DNA from: Nanopusillaceae archaeon
GTDB taxonomy: Archaea; Nanobdellota; Nanobdellia; Nanobdellales; Nanobdellaceae
Assembly: GCA_038833255.1 (NCBI GenBank)
Contig: JAWBIX010000021.1
Span: 1 to 6,682 of the forward strand
Direction: 5' to 3'
DNA length: 6,682 nt
The position numbers and the translations under genes were made by a program. Of the stretch, positions 1 to 5,029 are shown piece by piece (position 1 is the first letter of the stretch; each line of letters opens with the position of its first letter). The notes beneath the pieces are model-generated. The model saw only the letters and a list, made by a program, of their open reading frames with translations, made no database searches and was not told where the DNA came from.

Positions 1-198
1 TTAAATTATCTCTTAAATAAAGTGCAGAAGGAAGCAGTTCTAAAAGCATATGATATTAGTGATTATTCTTCTATTGAAGATTTTTTAATTAAATTGAAAG
101 AGAAATATAATGTATCTACAGAGAATTGGAAAGATTTGTTATCTAGAAAAGTTTTATATGATTGGATAAATGGAAAAATAAAAGGATATTGGTTATAA
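1..198 (+). CDS. 3' end of an unidentified protein-coding gene (partial, continues beyond the left edge)
   Basis: Frame 1 is open from base 1 for 65 codons (LNYLLNKVQKEAVLKAYDISDYSSIEDFLIKLKEKYNVSTENWKDLLSRKVLYDWINGKIKGYWL) and ends at TAA 196-198. A stop-free run this long is unlikely by chance in such AT-rich DNA, and the K/E/I/L/Y-rich composition matches the neighbouring genes. No family recognised. It is absent from the ORF track because there is no start codon inside the window. Confidence 0.45.
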   Translation, partial: LNYLLNKVQKEAVLKAYDISDYSSIEDFLIKLKEKYNVSTENWKDLLSRKVLYDWINGKIKGYWL

Positions 199-247
199 CC
201 TACCTCATCTTCAGGTAACATCATTAATTGGTAGGTATATTTTTATT
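198..247 (+). terminator. Hairpin plus oligo-T tract downstream of the partial CDS (putative transcription terminator)
   Basis: ACCTACC (198-204) is the exact reverse complement of GGTAGGT (230-236). A nested alternative hairpin pairs TACCT (201-205) with AGGTA (213-217). A T-rich tract, tatatttttatt (236-247), follows. Archaeal termination mainly needs oligo-T runs. The stem is short and its loop long, so this is a weak call. Confidence 0.3.
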
Positions 248-274
248 AATTTTTAGAAAAATATAAAAATATAA

Positions 275-331
275 AGTATTGATGATGTCGAGGTACTCTG
301 AAAAATGATGAAAAGAGGGTAATCTGATTAA
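275..331 (+). ncRNA. Archaeal C/D box sRNA (2'-O-methylation guide RNA), double-guide architecture
   Basis: All four boxes are present at canonical archaeal spacing. C box uUGAUGA is at 279-285, followed by a 12-nt guide UGUCGAGGUACU (286-297). D' box CUGA is at 298-301, followed by a 3-nt spacer AAA (302-304). C' box AUGAUGA is at 305-311, followed by a 12-nt guide AAAGAGGGUAAU (312-323). D box CUGA is at 324-327. The element lies in an otherwise non-coding gap, is locally richer in G+C than its flanks, and has a TATA-like TTTTATTAAT (241-250) about 27 nt upstream of the expected 5' end. The exact 5' and 3' ends are uncertain, and the terminal stem is at best 1-2 bp. Confidence 0.8.
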
Positions 332-1278
332 AGAAAAGGGGCTATTATTATTGGAAATATTATTGTTGCGTCTCCCCATATATTTACGTGTTTAGCACTT
401 TTTTTAATCTTCCCCCAGCTTATTGCTTCTTTTGTTTTAGCCCCAGATAAACTACCATCTTGTTCTATTGCTGATGAAATATAAACGGCATATTCTAGAC
501 CTCCACAAAATTGAGCCCACCAAATAACATGATGTTTAGAAATACCTCCACCCAATACTAAAGCCCCTGCTTTTTTATTTCCAAAAAATGTTTTTGCCAA
601 AAATTTTTCATCTTCCCATATATCAACATTAAAGTCGGGATTTTCATATTTATAAAATAAAATTTGTGTTCCAACAGCTCCATCAGAAATCCCTGGTATA
701 ATTATTGGAATTTTGTTTTTGTATGACCAATATATAATACTTTCTTCTTTTTTAGGATGATCCTCCAAAGTTTCTCCAAGGTACCATATAAATTCGTATG
801 TTCCTATTCTATCTTTTTTTTCTTCTTTTATTTTTTTGTGTACTATCTTAATTCTCTCTTTTAAGAATTTTTCTATTGTTATACCATAATTTTCAACTGG
901 TATAAAAATATTTCCGAGTCTCATAATGTTTTTTTCTTTTAAATATATATCATCAGCATCAAAAAATCCTAAGAAATAATCCTTTTCTAATCTTGCAATA
1001 TCGTGATCAAGAGTACCACAAGTAGTTATTACAATATCAAATAATTTTTTCTTAATTACTTCTTTAATTATGCCTCTGACTCCAGTAGCTACAATATCTG
1101 CTGGAAAGCTTATAACTTTAATTAAATCTTTTCTATTTAACATTTCTTCTAACACTTTATAACCTCTATATAGTTCTTGAGCTTGAAAGCCTCCAATGTT
1201 TGATAAAATATTCATAAAATCCTTAATTCTCATATTTCCGTCAATTTTAATATCTTTTACCTTTTCCATATTTTTCAT
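328..1278 (-). CDS. dys: Deoxyhypusine synthase (first step of aIF5A hypusine/deoxyhypusine modification)
   Basis: 316-aa ORF with an ATG start. Family hallmarks are visible: ISFPADIVATGVRGII...VITTCGTLDHDI (NAD/spermidine-binding region), GGGISKHH, and the catalytic-lysine motif EAISWGKI near the C-terminus (compare eukaryotic EAVSWGKI). The length is typical of archaeal DHS. Confidence 0.93.
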   Translation of the reverse strand: MKNMEKVKDIKIDGNMRIKDFMNILSNIGGFQAQELYRGYKVLEEMLNRKDLIKVISFPADIVATGVRGIIKEVIKKKLFDIVITTCGTLDHDIARLEKDYFLGFFDADDIYLKEKNIMRLGNIFIPVENYGITIEKFLKERIKIVHKKIKEEKKDRIGTYEFIWYLGETLEDHPKKEESIIYWSYKNKIPIIIPGISDGAVGTQILFYKYENPDFNVDIWEDEKFLAKTFFGNKKAGALVLGGGISKHHVIWWAQFCGGLEYAVYISSAIEQDGSLSGAKTKEAISWGKIKKSAKHVNIWGDATIIFPIIIAPFL

Positions 1279-1318
1279 AGTAAATTATATTTATAAGATT
1301 ATATATGTTTTTTTAACT
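1279..1318. promoter_or_regulatory. 40-bp divergent promoter region with two crossing TATA-like boxes (dys and the tRNA-binding protein gene)
   Basis: TTATATTTATAA (1285-1296) is centred about 28 nt upstream of the + strand ATG at 1319. ATATATAAT on the - strand (1298-1306) is centred about 24 nt upstream of the - strand ATG at 1278. Neither start has a Shine-Dalgarno sequence. TATA-like words are common in DNA this AT-rich, so the assignment rests on position only. Confidence 0.4.
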
Positions 1319-1642
1319 ATGGAGATTAGTTTTGAAGATTTTTTGAAAATTGACTTGCGTGTAGGAAAAATAATTGAAATAAAGGATCATCCAAATGCAG
1401 ATAAGCTATACGTTATTACAGTGGATTTGGGAGATGAAAAAAGACAAATTGTTGCTGGGCTAAAAGATCAATATACAAAAGAACAGTTATTAGGTAAAAA
1501 AATAGTAGTAGTATGTAATTTAAAACCAAAAAATATAAGAGGTATAGAATCTAAAGGAATGCTTTTAGCGGCAGAAAAGAATGGAAAAGTATCAATACTC
1601 GTTCCTGATAGAGACATAGATGTAGGAGCAAAAATTTATTAA
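1319..1642 (+). CDS. Free-standing tRNA-binding OB-fold domain protein (Trbp111/CsaA/MetRS C-terminal-domain family)
   Basis: From Met42 of the tracked ORF (ATG 1319) the 107-aa product reads MEISFEDFLKIDLRVGKIIEIKDHPNADKLYVITVDLGDEKRQIVAGLKDQYTKEQLLGKKIVVVCNLKPKNIRGIESKGMLLAAE. This is the classic signature of the EMAP-II/Trbp111/CsaA tRNA-binding domain (DLRVGKI..HPNADKL..VDLG...IV.G......L.GK.VVVV.NLKP...RG..S.GMLLAA). The upstream 41 codons of the tracked ORF (1196-1318) run antisense across the 5' end of dys and are low-complexity hydrophobic, so I use the internal start. Confidence 0.88.
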   Translation: MEISFEDFLKIDLRVGKIIEIKDHPNADKLYVITVDLGDEKRQIVAGLKDQYTKEQLLGKKIVVVCNLKPKNIRGIESKGMLLAAEKNGKVSILVPDRDIDVGAKIY

Positions 1643-1646
1643 TTTT

Positions 1647-1940
1647 TTATCTTAAATAAAATATTTTTGTTTCATTATTTATATTACAAATTATTTTATC
1701 ATCTTCATAAATACAAGAGAAAGAAATATTATTTAGTTTATTTGAATAACATTCTGTAAAACTTTTAAATTCTCCTAAAAAAGCACTATCTATTATTTCT
1801 ACCGAACAATCTGCATATGCAATCAAGCTTTTATTAATTTTTTGAAAACTTCTTAAAATTTGATCACTAAGTAATCCTATAGCTACTATAAACATAAGAA
1901 AAGATACTAACATATACGTAGTTACAGTTTCGTATCTCAT
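1647..1940 (-). CDS. Hypothetical small membrane-anchored protein with a four-cysteine ectodomain (orphan)
   Basis: 97-aa ORF with an ATG start and a palindromic TATA word TTTATAAA (1965-1972) about 28 nt upstream. The N-terminus has a hydrophobic segment (TTYMLVSFLMFIVAIGLL, about residues 7-24). A polar domain follows with Cys45, Cys64, Cys76 and Cys85 and two N-x-S/T sequons (N71-I-S, N89-E-T). A stop-free run this long is unlikely by chance in this composition. No family recognised. Confidence 0.6.
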   Translation of the reverse strand: MRYETVTTYMLVSFLMFIVAIGLLSDQILRSFQKINKSLIAYADCSVEIIDSAFLGEFKSFTECYSNKLNNISFSCIYEDDKIICNINNETKIFYLR

Positions 1941-2129
1941 AGTAGTAATAAATAGGATAAAAAGTTTATAAAATTTTTTTTAAATATCGTATTAACCCCT
2001 TTTAACAATTTGGTTGTAAATATATTAAAAAAGTAAAAAAACTGTAAATCTTATTTTTTATTTGTAAAAAATCGCTTAAATGTCTTTATTTTGCCTAAAA
2101 AATCGTTTAAATTGCTTTTTCATGTTTCA

Positions 2130-2143
2130 TTATATTTTTATAA
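2130..2143 (+). promoter_or_regulatory. Candidate TATA box for ftsZ
   Basis: TTATATTTTTATAA is centred about 30 nt upstream of the ftsZ ATG (2166). There is no Shine-Dalgarno in the intervening sequence, consistent with a leaderless or very short-leader mRNA. The call is positional only. Confidence 0.4.
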
Positions 2144-2165
2144 CTCACAGTAGTAATACGTAAGT

Positions 2166-3263
2166 ATGATGGAAATGTATGGATATACTCAAAAAGCAAT
2201 AGAAGAAGAGATAATTGGTGTAGAACCAGGAGAAGAATTTAAGTTGTTACCTACAATAAAAGTACTTGGTGTTGGTGGGGCTGGAAGCAATATGGCAGAA
2301 TGGCTATATAAAATGGAAATTAAAGGTGCAGAAATTATAGCGGCAAATACAGATTATGCTCATTTAAGAATGGTTAAAGCTCATAAGAAAGTTTTACTTG
2401 GAAAAGAGGTAACTCGTGGATTGGGTGCTGGTGGAAATCCAATAATTGGAGTAGATGCTGCAAAATCTTCACAAAGCGAGTTAAGAAAATTATTAGAAGG
2501 TACAGATATGCTCTGGATATTATTAGGACTTGGTGGAGGAACTGGAACAGGTGCAGCACCAGTGATTGCAAAAATTGCAAAAGAAGTTGGAATACCATTA
2601 GTAGTTGCTGTAGCAACACTACCTTTTGCATCTGAAGGAAAAGTAAGGATGGAAAAGGCAGAGATGGGATTAATAGAATTAAGAAAATACTGTGATAATG
2701 TAATTTTGATAGACAACAATAAAATACTTCAATATGCTGGTAATTTACCATTGCAACAAGCATTTGGATTTGCAAATAATATAATAGGACATATGATTAA
2801 AGGTATAGTAGAAACAATTGCTACTCCATCATATATAAACTTAGATTTTGCAGATGTAAAAACAGTGTTATCTGTTGGCGGTGGAGCATCAATTGTAGGA
2901 ATAGGAATATCTGATCAATCTGAAAACAGAGCAGAAACAGCAGCTAAAAGAGCTTTGGAATTGCCTTTGTTAGATGTAGATTATAATGGAGCTTCAGGTG
3001 CTTTAATACATGTAGAAGGAGGAGCAGATTTAAGATTAGATGAAGTAAATTCAGTTGCACAATATGTACAAAAATATTTGGGAGAAGATGCTTTAACAAT
3101 TATGGGTGCTAGAATAACAGAATCTATGAAAGGAAAACTTAGAGCTACTGTTATTATATCTGGAGTAAAAAGCCCATATGTGTTATCAAAATGGAAGGCA
3201 GAAATAATTGAAGGAAAAGTTGTAGCTAATAAGGAATTAGGAATCGATTTCTTACTTTATTAA
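2166..3263 (+). CDS. ftsZ: Cell division GTPase FtsZ
   Basis: 365-aa ORF. N-terminal nucleotide-binding strand IKVLGVGGAGSNM; NTD...GLGAGGNP (T4 region); tubulin signature GGGTGTG at residues 123-129 (nt 2532-2552); T7 synergy loop NLDFADVKTV. A short C-terminal tail ends ELGIDFLLY. The alternative starts at Met2 and Met4 cannot be excluded. Confidence 0.95.
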   Translation: MMEMYGYTQKAIEEEIIGVEPGEEFKLLPTIKVLGVGGAGSNMAEWLYKMEIKGAEIIAANTDYAHLRMVKAHKKVLLGKEVTRGLGAGGNPIIGVDAAKSSQSELRKLLEGTDMLWILLGLGGGTGTGAAPVIAKIAKEVGIPLVVAVATLPFASEGKVRMEKAEMGLIELRKYCDNVILIDNNKILQYAGNLPLQQAFGFANNIIGHMIKGIVETIATPSYINLDFADVKTVLSVGGGASIVGIGISDQSENRAETAAKRALELPLLDVDYNGASGALIHVEGGADLRLDEVNSVAQYVQKYLGEDALTIMGARITESMKGKLRATVIISGVKSPYVLSKWKAEIIEGKVVANKELGIDFLLY

Positions 3264-3293
3264 ATTTAAAATTTTTTAAATATTTTTTTCTTA

Positions 3294-4988
3294 ATGAAGT
3301 TTGACTTATTAGCACAAACTTTTAAAAAATTAGAATTAACTTCTGAAAAAACAGGAAAAATAAACATATTATCAAATTTTATAAAAAACTTACCTAGTGA
3401 TAGTTTAAAGGAGACCTTAATGTTAATTCTTGGAACTGTCTTCTATCCATGGGAGGAAAGAAAATTAGGATTAGCAGAAAAATTAATTATCCGTGCTTTA
3501 TCTGGAATTTCTGGAATAAGTAAGGAAAAAATAGAAGAAATGTTTGTAAAATATGGAGATCTAGGAATTGTAGCAGAAAAGTTGTCTATTAATAAAAAAC
3601 AAAAAGTTATATTTAAAAAAGATCTTTCTATAAAAGAAGTTTATGAAACTTTCAGAGAAATAGGTAAATTAGAAGGTGAAGGAGCTATAGATAAGAAAGT
3701 AAGATTGTTATCTAATTTATTAATGCACGCTAATCCTTTAGAAGCGAAATATATTGTTAGATTGGCATTAGAAGATCTAAAAATTGGTGTTGGAGAGGGA
3801 ATTATAATAGAATCTATTGCAAAAGCTTATGGATTAAATTCGGAAGGGGTAGAAATGTTATATTCTATTTATAATGATTTTGGAGAAGTTATAGAAATTA
3901 TTAGAAATGAAGGAAAAAACATATTTAATAAGTTATCTCCAATAGTCGGAAGGCCGATGAGAGTTATGCTAGCTGTAAAAGCTGAAAGCATAGATGAAGC
4001 ATTTAGTATTGTAGGAAGACCAGCGATTATAGAAGCGAAATATGATGGATTTAGAGTTCAGATACATAATGATACAAAAAATATTCTTTTGTGGACTAGA
4101 AGATTAGAAAATGTTACTAAACAGTTTCCAGATGTTATTTCTTTTGTATCAGAATGTTTGCCGATTGATAAATCATTTATAGTTGAAGCAGAAATAGTTG
4201 GATATGATAGAGAAAATAAAAAATATCTTCCATTTCAAAAAATATCGCAAAGAATTAAAAGAAAATATGATATCGAAAAAATGGTAAAGGAAATTCCGGT
4301 AGAATTAAGAATTTTTGATATAATTTATTATAATGGAGATAGTTTGATAAATAAGGCTTTTAAAGAAAGAAGAGAAATTTTAGAAAGGATTGTAAATCCA
4401 AAAGAGGGAAAAGCATCTTTATCTGAGGCAATATTAACATTTTCTAATTTTGAAGCTAAAGAATTTTTTGATAATTCTATTAAAAAAGGATTAGAGGGAG
4501 TGATGTTTAAAAATATAAACGCACCGTATCATCCTGGAAGAAGAGTTGGATATATGGTTAAGTTGAAGCCAGTAAAAGAAAGCTTAGATGTAGTAATTGT
4601 TGGAGCAGAATGGGGAGAAGGTAAAAGAAGCGGATGGTTGACTTCTTATATAATTGCAGTCAGAGATGAAGAAACAGGAGAACTTTTAGAAGTGGGAGAG
4701 GTTGGAAGTGGATTTAAGGAAAAAAAGGAAAGTCCAGAAGATATTACATTTGAAGATATGACAAATTTATTAAAGAATTTAATAATAAAATCTGAGGGAA
4801 AAGTAGTTATTGTTAAACCAGAGATAGTAATAGAAGTTACTTATGATGAAATACAAAAAAGTCCAAAATATTCTTCTGGATATGCGCTAAGATTTCCAAG
4901 ATTTGTTAGATTAAGACCTGATAAATCTGTTAATGAAATTGATACATTAAGTAGATTAGAAGAATTGTATGAGAGACAAAAAGGATAA
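3294..4988 (+). CDS. lig: ATP-dependent DNA ligase (Lig1 family, with N-terminal DNA-binding domain)
   Basis: 564-aa ORF. Motif I is EAKYDGFRVQIH, with the adenylation lysine K249 at nt 4038-4040. Motif III is FIVEAEIVGYD, motif IV is RIFDIIYYNG, motif V is EGVMFKN...YHPGRR...MVKLKP, and motif VI is LRFPRFVRLRPDK. The length and domain order are typical of archaeal replicative ligases. Confidence 0.95.
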   Translation: MKFDLLAQTFKKLELTSEKTGKINILSNFIKNLPSDSLKETLMLILGTVFYPWEERKLGLAEKLIIRALSGISGISKEKIEEMFVKYGDLGIVAEKLSINKKQKVIFKKDLSIKEVYETFREIGKLEGEGAIDKKVRLLSNLLMHANPLEAKYIVRLALEDLKIGVGEGIIIESIAKAYGLNSEGVEMLYSIYNDFGEVIEIIRNEGKNIFNKLSPIVGRPMRVMLAVKAESIDEAFSIVGRPAIIEAKYDGFRVQIHNDTKNILLWTRRLENVTKQFPDVISFVSECLPIDKSFIVEAEIVGYDRENKKYLPFQKISQRIKRKYDIEKMVKEIPVELRIFDIIYYNGDSLINKAFKERREILERIVNPKEGKASLSEAILTFSNFEAKEFFDNSIKKGLEGVMFKNINAPYHPGRRVGYMVKLKPVKESLDVVIVGAEWGEGKRSGWLTSYIIAVRDEETGELLEVGEVGSGFKEKKESPEDITFEDMTNLLKNLIIKSEGKVVIVKPEIVIEVTYDEIQKSPKYSSGYALRFPRFVRLRPDKSVNEIDTLSRLEELYERQKG

Positions 4989-4991
4989 GTA

Positions 4992-5013
4992 AAAAAATTT
5001 ATATAAATTTTTT
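4992..5013. repeat. 22-bp perfect palindrome AAAAAATTTATATAAATTTTTT that holds the likely lig terminator (T6) and the trmB-family gene TATA box
   Basis: AAAAAATTTATATAAATTTTTT equals its own reverse complement. The core TTTATATAAA (4998-5007) is centred about 28 nt upstream of ATG 5030, with an A-rich BRE-like tract on its 5' side. The T6 run (5008-5013) lies 20 nt after the lig stop codon. Confidence 0.5.
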
Positions 5014-5029
5014 ATATATTATATACAAC

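Noticed and set aside
198-236. Hairpin region as a possible tRNA half or other structured RNA gene
   Set aside because: It has only a 7-bp stem with a 25-nt AT-rich loop. It lacks tRNA-like conserved boxes (no GTTC-type T-loop, no acceptor or CCA context) and shows no G+C enrichment. A simple terminator-associated hairpin explains it best.
282-308. Mini-ORF ATGATGTCGAGGTACTCTGAAAAATGA inside the intergenic gap
   Set aside because: Its ATG and TGA triplets are simply the C and C' boxes of the C/D box sRNA. At eight codons with no translation signals, the RNA-gene interpretation explains every base better.
1196-1318. 41-codon N-terminal extension of the tRNA-binding protein ORF (start at ATG 1196)
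   Set aside because: The extension overlaps the first 83 nt of dys in antisense and then reads through the 40-bp promoter spacer. It encodes a hydrophobic, low-complexity peptide. Family homology begins exactly at Met42 (ATG 1319), which also has a TATA word at the correct distance.
1863-1940. Class III (type IV prepilin-like) signal peptide at the N-terminus of the 97-aa protein
   Set aside because: The hydrophobic stretch (MLVSFLMFIVAIGLL) loosely resembles pilin N-terminal helices. However, there is no [K/R]-[G/A] cleavage motif before it (the sequence is MRYETVTT...), so a prepilin assignment is not supportable by eye. I treat it as a generic signal anchor.
2080-2163. 27-codon upstream ORF (MSLFCLKNRLNCFFMFHYIFITHSSNT) ending 2 nt before the ftsZ ATG
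   Set aside because: A 27-codon open frame is not statistically unusual even in AT-rich DNA. It would span the predicted ftsZ TATA box, which conflicts with the leaderless pattern seen at the other genes. No coding signature is visible. It is only worth revisiting if ribosome profiling shows occupancy.
1941-2165. Possibility that the long AT-rich ftsZ upstream spacer is a replication origin
   Set aside because: I see no ORB or mini-ORB-like inverted repeats (the GGAAA/TCCA-type dyads known from archaeal origins). There is no adjacent orc1/cdc6 gene, and AT-richness alone is uninformative in this genome.
2374-2775. Two long antisense ORFs (2374-2775 and 2381-2719, - strand) inside ftsZ
   Set aside because: They lie entirely within the confidently identified FtsZ coding region on the opposite strand. 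Their products are low-complexity (L/Q/F-rich, or P/S/A-rich mirror translations of the Gly-rich FtsZ motifs). They are typical shadow ORFs with no independent support.
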